Shown here: piece by piece, positions 9,337 through 19,181 of the stretch
Position numbering within the stretch: the stretch's first letter is position 1
Layout of the letters: each line of letters begins with the position of its first letter
NCBI GenBank assembly: GCA_003671025.1
Contig: QWPW01000013.1
Coordinates: 13,998-77,997, forward strand
Direction: 5' to 3'
DNA: 64,000 nucleotides
DNA from: Planctomycetota bacterium
GTDB taxonomy: Bacteria; Planctomycetota; Phycisphaerae; Phycisphaerales; SM1A02
The notes under the pieces: model-generated
Seen by the model: the letters and a program-made list of their open reading frames with translations, nothing else
Told to the model about the DNA's origin: nothing
Databases searched by the model: none
Translations under genes and position numbers: made by a program

Positions 9337-10721
9337 TTCCGGTGTTTTCCGTCGGACTTGTCGCGCTGTCATGTTCGTTCTCGCATGCAATCGCGTTGAC
9401 GCTGAATGCTGCGCCAGATGTGACCGTCGCGCGCCGCGGCGGTGCGACCGACATCACCGCGGCCACGGTGATTGCCGATGAACGCGGCGTGGAAGTGAAG
9501 GGGGCGAAGACGCCTGAGTTCATTCCGTGGGATGAAGTGCGCGCGTTCGTTGGTACGCCGCAACTGAGTGGAGCGCTCGTCAGTAGTCGAACTGATTCAC
9601 TCGCCGCGCAACTGGCGCTAGGCGAAGATCTCTGGCGCGCGCGCATTCGCGTTGCTCGCGGCGACTACGACTTCGCGCGTCCACTGCTGGCCAAACACTG
9701 GGCGCAACTGCGCTCGCTCGATGGACCAACGGCGTCGCTTGCCGCAGAGGCCATGCTGCTCTGCGCGTTGCATCACGAAAATCTTGGCGCGGCAGTTGTG
9801 CCTTGGATCGAAGTGTTGCGTCACCGTGCCAAGGGCGAACCCTCGCGCTTCGCGACCGAAGCGTCGCCCATCGATGCGCAAACAGGCTTGCTCAGCGCGC
9901 TCTCGCCATTCGTTCCCGCTGCGCGGCGAGTCGAACTTCTCGATGCGTGTCGCAGCGCGCAACATCGTTCGCAAGGCAATCCAACAGGCGCCGACGCGAC
10001 TGCGCTCGCCGTTGCGGCGCTGATGGAGCGTCTCATCATCGCGGCGGATGGAGGCGCCCTGAGTGCGCCTGCAGCTTCATCGAAGAGTTCTGCGGCGCCG
10101 CGCGAGACACCGCCGTCAACATCGCGAACAACATCGCGAACGACACCGAATTCAGCGGTGAATGCCACGATTCCAACGCAGAGCGTCTTGTTACTTCTTG
10201 ATTCAATCGTCTCGGCGACTGATCTCTTGACGCGCAATAAAGCGGTCGCAGAGTTTGATCGAGTCATGCCCGAACCGCCGACGTTTCTTGGCGCTTGGAG
10301 ACTGGCGGCGATTGGCACCAGCTCCGCGCGTGCGGCGCGAGCCACCGTTGGCGATGCACGAACGCAGGCGCTCGAGCGCGCGGCGATGGAACTGCTCGCC
10401 GTGCCTGCCGCCGCAATTGATCGCTCGGGATTGGTAGACGAATACGCCTTGGAAATGGCTGAGGCGCTGCTGCGCGAGTCGGGTGACGTCGCGTCGGCCG
10501 ATCAAGTCGCATCGGTGCGAACCAGCGGCGCAAACGGCAAACACTCCGATCGTCTGCGTCCGAGCACGGCGACGGGATCGACCACTCAGTCCTCCGCAGC
10601 ATCCTCTGCAGCATCGACTGCAGCATCGACTGCGCACACTTCGTTTGTCTCTTCGTCCGCAGTGGTGGAAAATTGCACCACGCATCGTTTCGTCGCGCGC
10701 CGACTCATGCGCATCACTTGA
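9333..10721 (+). CDS. Hypothetical secreted protein (Ala-rich, Ser/Thr-rich tail)
   Basis: 462-aa ORF whose ATG overlaps the vWA stop (ATGA at 9333). Signal-like N-terminus MIPVFSVGLVALSCSFSHA. No motif recognised. Confidence 0.5.
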   Translation: MIPVFSVGLVALSCSFSHAIALTLNAAPDVTVARRGGATDITAATVIADERGVEVKGAKTPEFIPWDEVRAFVGTPQLSGALVSSRTDSLAAQLALGEDLWRARIRVARGDYDFARPLLAKHWAQLRSLDGPTASLAAEAMLLCALHHENLGAAVVPWIEVLRHRAKGEPSRFATEASPIDAQTGLLSALSPFVPAARRVELLDACRSAQHRSQGNPTGADATALAVAALMERLIIAADGGALSAPAASSKSSAAPRETPPSTSRTTSRTTPNSAVNATIPTQSVLLLLDSIVSATDLLTRNKAVAEFDRVMPEPPTFLGAWRLAAIGTSSARAARATVGDARTQALERAAMELLAVPAAAIDRSGLVDEYALEMAEALLRESGDVASADQVASVRTSGANGKHSDRLRPSTATGSTTQSSAASSAASTAASTAHTSFVSSSAVVENCTTHRFVARRLMRIT

Positions 10722-10736
10722 ATTCGGTTTCATCCC

Positions 10737-11444
10737 ATGCAAATCATGTTCATTGACATTCTTGCGCAATCAGAATCAACGGGCGGCGGTTCGGCGCTCA
10801 AGTTCATCACTGGCGGCGGCATCATTGGCTACATCATCGTGGTGTTGTCGGTGGTCGCGGTCGCGTTCGTGCTCATTCACTTCGTGCAGATTCGCCGCGC
10901 GGCGTTGATGCCTGCGCATCGCGTGATCGCGGTGCGTGAGTTGGTGGAGCGCGGTGATTTAGAAGGCGCGTTGGAATACTCGACGCTTCCCGCGAATGAC
11001 TGTTACTACTTGCGTGTCATCGGTGCGGGACTGAAGCGCTTCTTGCGTTCGCCGTTTGGTGCCTTCGAAATCAAGTCCGCGATGGAAGAAGCGGGCGCCG
11101 AAGAAACCGCGCGTCTCTATCGCACCATGGATGTGATTTCGACCATCGGCTCGGTTGCGCCGCTGCTGGGATTGCTCGGCACTGTGCAAGGAATGATCGG
11201 CGCGTTCGACACCGTCGCCGACGGCGCCGCGAACAACGCGAACTACTACCAAGACCTCGCCTCCAACATTGCCATCGCGCTGATCACGACCTTTCAAGGA
11301 CTGGTGGTGGCGATTCCTTGCGTATCGGTCTACGGATATCTGCGCAATCGCGTCGACGCGCTGGCTGGCGAATGTGCTTCAAACGCCGAGGAAATCGTGA
11401 CTTTGGTCGAACGAGGCGCGCGCAAGAACCCACGCAGCGAATGA
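10737..11444 (+). CDS. exbB: MotA/TolQ/ExbB-family proton channel
   Basis: 235 aa with three TM segments. Conserved C-terminal core ..APLLGLLGTVQGMIGAF..IAIALITTFQGLVVAIPCV.. Confidence 0.85.
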   Translation: MQIMFIDILAQSESTGGGSALKFITGGGIIGYIIVVLSVVAVAFVLIHFVQIRRAALMPAHRVIAVRELVERGDLEGALEYSTLPANDCYYLRVIGAGLKRFLRSPFGAFEIKSAMEEAGAEETARLYRTMDVISTIGSVAPLLGLLGTVQGMIGAFDTVADGAANNANYYQDLASNIAIALITTFQGLVVAIPCVSVYGYLRNRVDALAGECASNAEEIVTLVERGARKNPRSE

Positions 11445-11472
11445 ATGTGATCGACCTTCGGAGATTCATGCC

Positions 11473-11895
11473 ATGAGGTTCAAGCAACCCAACTCAGCAC
11501 CGCGCGGCGTGCCCATCGACATGACACCGATGATCGACATCGTGTTTCAGTTGCTGATCTTTTTCTTAGTGACGTCACAGATGGCGGAGTCGTCACGCGC
11601 GCAACTCAACTTGCCCAAGGAGCAAGGTGAGAATGAAACTTCGACTGACAGCGCATCGTTCACCATCAACATCCAAGCGGACGGAACCGTGTTGATCAAC
11701 GACAACGTGGTGTCACTCGAAGCGCTTGATGTGTTGGTGGAAGAAGCGATCGCGCAGGCGGGCGGAGCGGAAAGACTCCAGCCCTTGGTGCGCGTTGATC
11801 GCACTTGTGATGCCGCGCGCCTCAATGAAGTGCTGACGCGCTTAGGCGCGCGCGGATTGCTGGCGATTCGCCTCGCAACCGAAAGGAGTCAGTGA
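11473..11895 (+). CDS. exbD: ExbD/TolR-family biopolymer transport protein
   Basis: 140 aa. N-terminal anchor IDMTPMIDIVFQLLIFFLV with the conserved membrane Asp, and a periplasmic domain. Confidence 0.85.
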   Translation: MRFKQPNSAPRGVPIDMTPMIDIVFQLLIFFLVTSQMAESSRAQLNLPKEQGENETSTDSASFTINIQADGTVLINDNVVSLEALDVLVEEAIAQAGGAERLQPLVRVDRTCDAARLNEVLTRLGARGLLAIRLATERSQ

Positions 11896-11896
11896 C

Positions 11897-12304
11897 ATGC
11901 GATTCAAACGCAAGGGTGGCGACCGCAAGCCCGAGCTCAATCTCGCTTCGATGATTGACGCGACATTTCTCTTGCTCTCCTACTTCATCTTCACTGCTGG
12001 CGCGGGCGCCAACGAGGCGAAACTCTCGCCCAATCTTCGCGTGCAAGAAGGCACGCAAGCGATGGATGACCTCGATCCGCAAGTGCTCGATGTCGTGAGT
12101 GTCGGCGGAGCGGTGGTGTTTCGACTGGGCTCGAACGAGTTGACGACTCGCGCAATGCTCACCGAAGCCGTGCGCGCGCTTCCCACCGAACAAGGCTTGT
12201 TTGTGCGTGTTCATTCCGGTGTCGATGTCGGTTCCGCTGCTGCGGCGATTCAAGTCGCGCGCGACGCGGGGTTCAAGGCGGTGACCTATGTGCCCGCAAA
12301 GTGA
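11897..12304 (+). CDS. exbD: ExbD/TolR-family biopolymer transport protein (second paralog)
   Basis: 135 aa; LNLASMIDATFLLLSYFIF retains the Asp. Starts 1 nt after the stop of the preceding exbD. Confidence 0.8.
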   Translation: MRFKRKGGDRKPELNLASMIDATFLLLSYFIFTAGAGANEAKLSPNLRVQEGTQAMDDLDPQVLDVVSVGGAVVFRLGSNELTTRAMLTEAVRALPTEQGLFVRVHSGVDVGSAAAAIQVARDAGFKAVTYVPAK

Positions 12305-12323
12305 TGACGCGCACAACTTGAAT

Positions 12324-15167
12324 ATGTCGCCGAGCGCATCTCGCGCGGGGAACGCGCAGCGCACTCGAACCAGCGTCACTCGACTGTGCACACGCATGTT
12401 GCTGTGCGCGACGATGTTGTTGCCGAATGCTTGGGCGCGCGCCGACGACTTGTTGGACTACTTGCAAGCGCAGGGACTTGACTCGCTCGCGGCGCTGCGC
12501 ATCGAAGAATTGGTCGAAGCAGCGACTGGTGATGAACGAGACCAACTGTCGGATGTGCTCGCGGATCTGTACACGCGCATGCTCGACGCCAACAGCGATC
12601 CGCGCGCGCAATCGAAACTACTTGCGCGCGCCGACGCGATTGCTGCGGGCACGAGCGCCGCAAGTGACGCGAATCGGCTTTCGACTTCCAAGCGTGATCG
12701 TCTGCGCATCGCGGCGGCGCGCGCGCGTTATCGCGATGCCGCGAGCGTCGCTGAACGTATTCGTGCGGGAAGCGCCCTCGATCCTGCAGCGAGCATCGAG
12801 TCGTTGGGTGCGCAAGCGGACGAGCTGATGCAAGTCGCGCAGCGCGCGGATAAGCGCGCGACTGAACTCAATCGTCGCTTCGATCGCGAGTCGGGACTCG
12901 GGCGCGATCTTCTCGCCGAGGAGATCGACGGTGAGCGTGGTTGCGCGGGACAAGCGCGATTTCTCGCCGCGTGGAGCTTGCTCTATCGCGGATTTCTCGC
13001 GAAAGATCGCGGCGACAGTGAACGCGCCGAAGCGTTGTTCGCAGCGTTGCTCGGCGCGCGCGACGGCAAACTCACGCCCGCCGAAGTATCCGAAGACCTG
13101 CGCAGAGATGAGGCGTACGCAGCGGCGATCTTGGGATTAGCCTTGGCCAAGGCGCGCATCGCGGGGTATTCGGAATCTGTGCGTTGGCTCGCGTTGCTGG
13201 ATTCGCCGCAGACGCACCCATCACTGCGCGATTCGGTGCCGGGATGGTCGATGGTCGCCGCGCTCGATGCGCGTGCGTTCAAGCAGGCGCGTGATGCGCT
13301 GGCTGCGCTCGCGTCGCATGACGACGCCGCCAACTGGGCGCGCGTTGCCGTGGCGCGTGCGATTGAAGACGGAGGCAGCGATGCTCAAGCGAAGTTGCTC
13401 GCGCGCGAAGGCATCGCGCTGCTCGCGGCGCAACGTGATCTTCCCGCGGTGCGCGAGTTGGTCGCGCGTTACGGCGAGGGCATTCTCGGTGAGGATGAAT
13501 CGACGGCGAACTCAGGCGCGGGCTCTGGCACAGGCTCGGGTGCAGGTTTCGTCGCGCGCTATGTGCGAGCGGTGCGACTCTTCGATGATGCGCAACGCGC
13601 CATGACGGAGGCAGGCGAGGATCCCGCAAAATTGGACAGCGATGCAGTGCGTGCGCCCGCCGAGGCCGCCGCTGCGGCGCTGGCAACGGCGCTTGAAGCA
13701 TCTGATGTCGACGCGTATCCCGCGGCGAAAACCGAATGCACACTCATGCGCGCGTTGAGTGTGCGTGCCGCAGGTCATGGCGCCGATGCCGCACCATTGT
13801 TTGATGCAGTGGCCGCGATCAGCGTGGGAGTCAAAGCAGAACAGGCTTCATTTCTCGCGATTGCCGCACTTGACGATGCGCGGCGAGGCACCACCGATGT
13901 GGCAACGCAACAAGCACTTGAGCGAGCGCTGGCCACGCGCATCGAGCAGTTTCTCGCGCGATTTCCCGGAAGCGAGCACGTGCCCACACTCTTAGTGCGC
14001 CGCATCGCCAGCAGCGATGATCCCAACGTCGACGATGTTGAACGATTACTCATGGTGCCCAGCGAAAGCCCAGAGTGGCTCGCATCGCGCAAGCAGGCGC
14101 TCGGTGGTCTGTACCGCGCCTTTCGCGGCGGCAACGCTCCGCGTGCAGACACCGCGCGTCGCTATCTCGCAGTGCTCGCCGAGTTGCCGCGTGAAGATGG
14201 CACTGGTCTACCTGCGGGCAGTTCATCCATTGCGCGTCAAGCACTCGAGGTTGTGCTCGCGCCCGAGGTTCGCGATAGCTCCCTCGCGACCAAGTTGATT
14301 GCGGCGCTTGAAGCAAGCGCGGCGCAGGGTGATTTCGATATGAGCGAGGCCGATGAAGAGATTGCCTATCGCCGCTTGCAACTGGCGATTGAGCTCGATC
14401 ACTTTGCCGATGTTGCCACGTTGTTGTTGCCCTTTGAAAAACCAGAGGCCACACCGATCTGGGCTGACGCAGGGCTGCGATTGGCGCTGCGCACCGCCGA
14501 ATCAAAGCGTCGCGCTGCGCCGATGGACGCGCCCGCGCGCGCAGGATTTGTCACAAGTGTTGTGCGTGCGGGTGATGCGATTTTGGCGCGCGAAGGCGGC
14601 ATCAACGCCGCGCTCAAATCAAAGGACGCAAGCGCGATGCAGCAAATCGCGCGCATCACGATTGATGCACGCGTGGAATTGGTGCGCTCGTCGGGTGATG
14701 CGGCGCAAGCACGCGCGAGTTTGTTGTTGACTGAAGCACTGCTCGCACAATCTCCCCGCGACGCGGCGTTGCTGCGCGCGGGAGCAATGTTCGCGGAAAC
14801 CGCGGGCGACCTCTCTCGTGCCGCCGAACTCTTGCGCACCTTGGTGGGCGGACTTCCGTCACGCACGACGCCGTGGTTTGAAGCGAAGGTCGATCAGTTG
14901 CGCGTGCTCGCGAAGTTGGATCCAGCACGCGCACGCGCGGTGCTCACGCAATTCCGCACGCTCTATCCAGAACTCGGGCCGGAGCCGTATCACACGCAAG
15001 TGTTGGAGATTGAAAAGTCTCTGCCCGCAGCGGCGAGTCCTGCCGCACCAAGCGAGCCATCGACAAGCGAACCATCACCAACGGTTCCTGCGCCAAACGC
15101 TGCGGAATCAGGCGTTTCAGCAGCATTCGCGACGCACGCAGCAATGACGCGACGAGGCTCCGCATGA
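12324..15167 (+). CDS. Large Ala-rich helical-repeat (TPR-like?) secreted protein, function unknown
   Basis: Long ORF (track start 12288; ATG at 12324 gives basic n-region + LLCATMLLPNAWA). Ala/Leu/Arg-rich throughout with a Pro-rich C-terminus. No catalytic motif. Confidence 0.55.
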   Translation: MSPSASRAGNAQRTRTSVTRLCTRMLLCATMLLPNAWARADDLLDYLQAQGLDSLAALRIEELVEAATGDERDQLSDVLADLYTRMLDANSDPRAQSKLLARADAIAAGTSAASDANRLSTSKRDRLRIAAARARYRDAASVAERIRAGSALDPAASIESLGAQADELMQVAQRADKRATELNRRFDRESGLGRDLLAEEIDGERGCAGQARFLAAWSLLYRGFLAKDRGDSERAEALFAALLGARDGKLTPAEVSEDLRRDEAYAAAILGLALAKARIAGYSESVRWLALLDSPQTHPSLRDSVPGWSMVAALDARAFKQARDALAALASHDDAANWARVAVARAIEDGGSDAQAKLLAREGIALLAAQRDLPAVRELVARYGEGILGEDESTANSGAGSGTGSGAGFVARYVRAVRLFDDAQRAMTEAGEDPAKLDSDAVRAPAEAAAAALATALEASDVDAYPAAKTECTLMRALSVRAAGHGADAAPLFDAVAAISVGVKAEQASFLAIAALDDARRGTTDVATQQALERALATRIEQFLARFPGSEHVPTLLVRRIASSDDPNVDDVERLLMVPSESPEWLASRKQALGGLYRAFRGGNAPRADTARRYLAVLAELPREDGTGLPAGSSSIARQALEVVLAPEVRDSSLATKLIAALEASAAQGDFDMSEADEEIAYRRLQLAIELDHFADVATLLLPFEKPEATPIWADAGLRLALRTAESKRRAAPMDAPARAGFVTSVVRAGDAILAREGGINAALKSKDASAMQQIARITIDARVELVRSSGDAAQARASLLLTEALLAQSPRDAALLRAGAMFAETAGDLSRAAELLRTLVGGLPSRTTPWFEAKVDQLRVLAKLDPARARAVLTQFRTLYPELGPEPYHTQVLEIEKSLPAAASPAAPSEPSTSEPSPTVPAPNAAESGVSAAFATHAAMTRRGSA

Positions 15168-18100
15168 GTGCAACGCCCGATCATGAACCCTCACGCGCAA
15201 GCGCCGACGAGCCAACGCCAACTGCGTCCTCGATTGATCCGTCGCACGCGATCGTCGAAGCGGACCCGTTGCTTGACGAACGCAAACTGCTGGGACTTCC
15301 ACCAACGGGGCTGCTTTCGAGCGGACAGATTGAGGCTGCGATGGGCTTGCGCGCGCAAGACATTCGTCATCACCCGATGGGCGAGAGTCACAAGGCGCGC
15401 CGTGTGTTGCACCTTCTCGAAGCAGCGGCCGATCGACTGCAAGCGCAGTTGGCGCTTGCTGCTCGTGGGCCGCTTCATCCGCAAGCCGCGAAGCGCGTGG
15501 CCGCGCGATTGGCGGTGACCAACCGCACCGCGGCGCGGCTGATGGTGGTGTCGCCAGAGCAACGCAGTGCGAGCATGGGACAAGTCATCGCGCGCGACCT
15601 CACCGACTTCGATCGGCTTGCACTCGCGGTGTTGGTGGTGTCGCGCGGTTGGAATGCCACCAGCGCGAAACGACTCGCGTCGGTCGCCGATGAACACGGT
15701 GTCGCTGTCGCTGATCTCGAACGCGTCGTCGATGGACTGACACGATTTTTGGCAGAGGGCGGCGGAGTGCGCGGCAACATCGGCGACATCGGTGAAGGCG
15801 CGCGTTTGTCCATGCGTTCGCCGCGCGCGATGACGCGCATCGATGCTGCCGAGGACACCGTCGAGCGCGTGCTTCATCGACTCAACGATGCGCTGCGCGA
15901 TGAAGTCACCAGCGAGTCGCGCGCCTCGCAAGCGCGTTTAGCCCTTGTTTTTGGCTTGTTTGCGCTCTCTTGGATGGGCGTGCTCTCGTGGATCTTCTTC
16001 AGTCCGTCCTACGAGTCGCTCAGTGAGACTCCCATCGTGGACAATTCGACGATGCCTGCGCTCACCGCAGAAGACGCTGCTGTCGACGCGTCGAGCACCA
16101 TTGATGCATCATCATCCGCGCCGCTTCAGAGAGGCGCGAACGGCGAACTCATCGCACCCGTTGCCGCGCGAGCCGCGCCCGCGAAATTTCCTCGCGCGCC
16201 TGGATTCGTTCCGTCCGTTCCACCAGCTGGTCTGCTTGAGGCCGCGAGCGCTGGCGCAGATTGGGTCGCGGCGATTGAAGAGGTCATTCCCAAGTTGACC
16301 ACCAACGGCGGTCATATCGATGGTCTCAATCTCGCGCTCGTCGCGGATGCGTTGCAACGCGCTGGCGGCGCGTGGTGTGTGTCGATCGGATACCGCGCGG
16401 AAGTCACGCGCGCCTTTGTCACGCTCACGAAAACCCTGCGCAGCTCGGACGATTTCCGCAAACTCATGCAGGCTGTTCCTGGCAGTGATGTTCCGATCGC
16501 GAGTGCAAGCGCGAACGATGCGAAAATTCCCCAGTGGCAACGCACATGGATTCGCGCATTCGGCGCGGGCGTGTTGGCGACTGTGGCACTCGATTCCTCG
16601 CAACCTGCGTCGGCTTCGGCCGCGCGCGAAGAAATGCGCCTGCGCCTCATTCCGATTCCCAGCGGAGTTGTCACCGATCCCTTCGCCAGTGCGGCCACGG
16701 TGCAGATCGCGGCGGCTGCGCCTGCGTTGGCAGAGCAACTTGCGCTCGACACCGCGACACTCGAAGACGCCTCTCGCTTTGTGGAAGCGATGAATGCGGC
16801 GGCGACGACTTCTGCGCTGCGCACCCAAGCGGCGCTCGCCGCAGTAGACGCGTGCTTGCGCGCTCCCGGAGCACTCGACAAGCCCGGCGCGCTGGTCGAT
16901 TTCCTCGGTTACATGCTGCATCGACTTGATTTCAACAGTCGCGGCGCATCAAGCGAAACCGTGCGCAACGCGCTCGCTTCGTGGATGGTCGATCGTTCGA
17001 TTCCAGTCACGCGGTTGTGGGTGCTTACGAGTTTGCTTGACGCAGATATGAGCATCGCGTGGTACGGACCCGATCTTGTGCTCGCCACCAACGCCGATCT
17101 TCCCGCGCGCGAAGCGATGTCCGAACAGATGATCGCTGCGTTTCCCAAGCAGCAAGTCACCAGCATCGGCGAGGCCGTGTTGGTGGACGGAAAAACATTA
17201 GAGGAGTGGAAACTGCATGTGGCCAATGCGGACGCGCTACCCAATGACACTGCGTGCAACCGATTGCGCAACGCAGCGGTTGCGCTGGGACTCGCGCGTG
17301 TCGCGCGCGGCTTTGAGTTGGGCGAACCGAGCGTGGTCAAGCAAGCGCTCGATGATGTGATTGATTTGCAAAGTCGCAAGGATTCCGAGTGGTCTGCGTC
17401 ACCGACGGGTGAGCGCGCGGGACTGCCTGCATCAGGTGTTGGTGATGGCGAGTTCGCGACGGTGTACGCCACGCTCGGTCGTGATGCAGCGAAGCGAATC
17501 GATCAAATACGCGCGCTTGGTGCGCGTCCTGCAGCGGGCGATCTCGGTCCGATCGATGCGCGTGTCGTGGTCGCGGAAGCGCTGCGCGGAACGCCCTCGG
17601 AAGTGCGAGTCGCGGCGGCAACGGTGTTGGTCGATCGCTACCCCAATGGCCGCGAAGTGCTGCAAGCGACGCTCGATGCGTTGGTCGACGGCGGAGGATC
17701 ATCCGACGCCGCGATGTTTGTTTCGCAGTTGGTGGGTCAATCAGTCGCAGGGCGCGATTGGCAGTCTGAGGCGCGCGAGCGTTTGTTGGATCGCTTGACG
17801 CTGTTGGAGGATTCACAGTTGCACGCCGATGACAGCGCCGGACTCGAGGTTGCGCGCATGGCCAACGCACTCACCGCGAGATTCGTGCGCGCGGCGCCGA
17901 CAGCAAGCGGGCGACCAGATCGTTCGTTGATGCAGTTGGCCGACGCGCTGCGCGACGAAGCGGCCAGCAAGTTTCTCGCGGTTTCGTTTCCCCAATCGGT
18001 GGATGAAATCGAACGCCTCCGCGGCGCGCGTCGTTCACTCGCGACCAGCATCGCCCAGCGCATGGCCGCGGAAACCCCTGGAATTGTCGAGTATGCAGCG

Positions 18101-18283
18101 ATGTTGGTCGCCGCACGACAACCTGCGTTGCAATCGAAACTCGAGCCCATTCTCAGCGAAGGTCGACGCGCACGCACTGCGGCAGTGAGTGCAACCGAGC
18201 AAGTGGATGTGGATCTGCGCACGTTGCTCAAAGTGATCGCGCAGGGACTCGCTCCTCGCGCGACGGAAAGAGATGCGTCATGA
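15164..18283 (+). CDS. Large orphan protein with one internal TM segment, function unknown
   Basis: 1039-aa ORF with an ATGA overlap at 15164. Internal hydrophobic LALVFGLFALSWMGVLSWIFF, and an Ala-rich helical C-terminal two-thirds. Confidence 0.55.
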   Translation: MSATPDHEPSRASADEPTPTASSIDPSHAIVEADPLLDERKLLGLPPTGLLSSGQIEAAMGLRAQDIRHHPMGESHKARRVLHLLEAAADRLQAQLALAARGPLHPQAAKRVAARLAVTNRTAARLMVVSPEQRSASMGQVIARDLTDFDRLALAVLVVSRGWNATSAKRLASVADEHGVAVADLERVVDGLTRFLAEGGGVRGNIGDIGEGARLSMRSPRAMTRIDAAEDTVERVLHRLNDALRDEVTSESRASQARLALVFGLFALSWMGVLSWIFFSPSYESLSETPIVDNSTMPALTAEDAAVDASSTIDASSSAPLQRGANGELIAPVAARAAPAKFPRAPGFVPSVPPAGLLEAASAGADWVAAIEEVIPKLTTNGGHIDGLNLALVADALQRAGGAWCVSIGYRAEVTRAFVTLTKTLRSSDDFRKLMQAVPGSDVPIASASANDAKIPQWQRTWIRAFGAGVLATVALDSSQPASASAAREEMRLRLIPIPSGVVTDPFASAATVQIAAAAPALAEQLALDTATLEDASRFVEAMNAAATTSALRTQAALAAVDACLRAPGALDKPGALVDFLGYMLHRLDFNSRGASSETVRNALASWMVDRSIPVTRLWVLTSLLDADMSIAWYGPDLVLATNADLPAREAMSEQMIAAFPKQQVTSIGEAVLVDGKTLEEWKLHVANADALPNDTACNRLRNAAVALGLARVARGFELGEPSVVKQALDDVIDLQSRKDSEWSASPTGERAGLPASGVGDGEFATVYATLGRDAAKRIDQIRALGARPAAGDLGPIDARVVVAEALRGTPSEVRVAAATVLVDRYPNGREVLQATLDALVDGGGSSDAAMFVSQLVGQSVAGRDWQSEARERLLDRLTLLEDSQLHADDSAGLEVARMANALTARFVRAAPTASGRPDRSLMQLADALRDEAASKFLAVSFPQSVDEIERLRGARRSLATSIAQRMAAETPGIVEYAAMLVAARQPALQSKLEPILSEGRRARTAAVSATEQVDVDLRTLLKVIAQGLAPRATERDAS

Positions 18284-19104
18284 GACGACACACGCCCTCA
18301 CTCGGCTTCGTATTGATTGCGCTTAGCGTCATGCTCACGCTGACCGCGTCGCGCGCCATTGCCCAATCAACCGTGGCGATCTCGGAGCAGTGGAACGCGC
18401 GCTTGCTCGCACTGGATCCAGCACGACCAGCGGACTACTTCAACCTCGCCGAAGAAATCAGCGACGCATTTCCTGCGCAGGCGACTGGTGTTGCGGGTAG
18501 TACTGCGACGAATGCTGCGCAGAATGAGGCACAACGCGAACTGGCGCGGCAACTCTTCGCGCTCGCGGGCGCGTTGAACACGCCGATCTTTGGACGCAGC
18601 GCCATGCTGGCGATTAGTGAGTTGGCAATCTCAACGCAGAGTCGTGAGCGCGCGTTGGCCGCGGCAGAAATCGTGGGCGGCCGTGGTGAGAAAAAGAGCG
18701 TGTTTCGGCCGGAAAGCGCGCAGATTGAAGCGTTAGCGCGCGCCTTCAGTTTCTACCGCAAAGGAATGGGCACGAAGGCGTTGTCGGCACTGCGCCAGTC
18801 CGACGCCGACGCGCTGCTCGATGCGATCAGCGATGCGATTCCTGGTGGCGCGGCGGCGATGCGCGTCGAATGCAAGTCCATGCGCGCGAACACGCGCGTC
18901 TACCTCGATCCACAACACGAGCGCACGTTGATGCTCATCGAACTAGCACTTCGCCGCGGCGAGTTACGCGGCCTCGGTCTGGACATCGTGGTGCACGGTG
19001 ATCGCCCGCTCATCGAAATCGATCGCGACGATGTTGCGTCACTCTGGCAAATCGATCCCAAGCGCGTGTGGTGGCGTGATGGCGCGTGGAGCGCGAAGCA
19101 GTAA
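18280..19104 (+). CDS. Hypothetical secreted protein
   Basis: 274-aa ORF with an ATGA overlap at 18280. Signal-like LGFVLIALSVMLTLTASRAIAQS. Confidence 0.5.
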   Translation: MRRHTPSLGFVLIALSVMLTLTASRAIAQSTVAISEQWNARLLALDPARPADYFNLAEEISDAFPAQATGVAGSTATNAAQNEAQRELARQLFALAGALNTPIFGRSAMLAISELAISTQSRERALAAAEIVGGRGEKKSVFRPESAQIEALARAFSFYRKGMGTKALSALRQSDADALLDAISDAIPGGAAAMRVECKSMRANTRVYLDPQHERTLMLIELALRRGELRGLGLDIVVHGDRPLIEIDRDDVASLWQIDPKRVWWRDGAWSAKQ

Positions 19105-19181
19105 ACGCACGAGGTGCGTGACACGCGTGTGTCGCATCGCGTCGCCGCGATTTGACTTGCATCTGCATCGTTGATCGCACA

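Noticed and set aside
19105-19181. Terminators in the convergent spacer after the eight-gene operon
   Set aside because: Only short 5-6-bp palindromes are present (ACGCAC-GAG-GTGCGT, GACAC-GCGT-GTGTC), with no U-tract. They are too weak to annotate.
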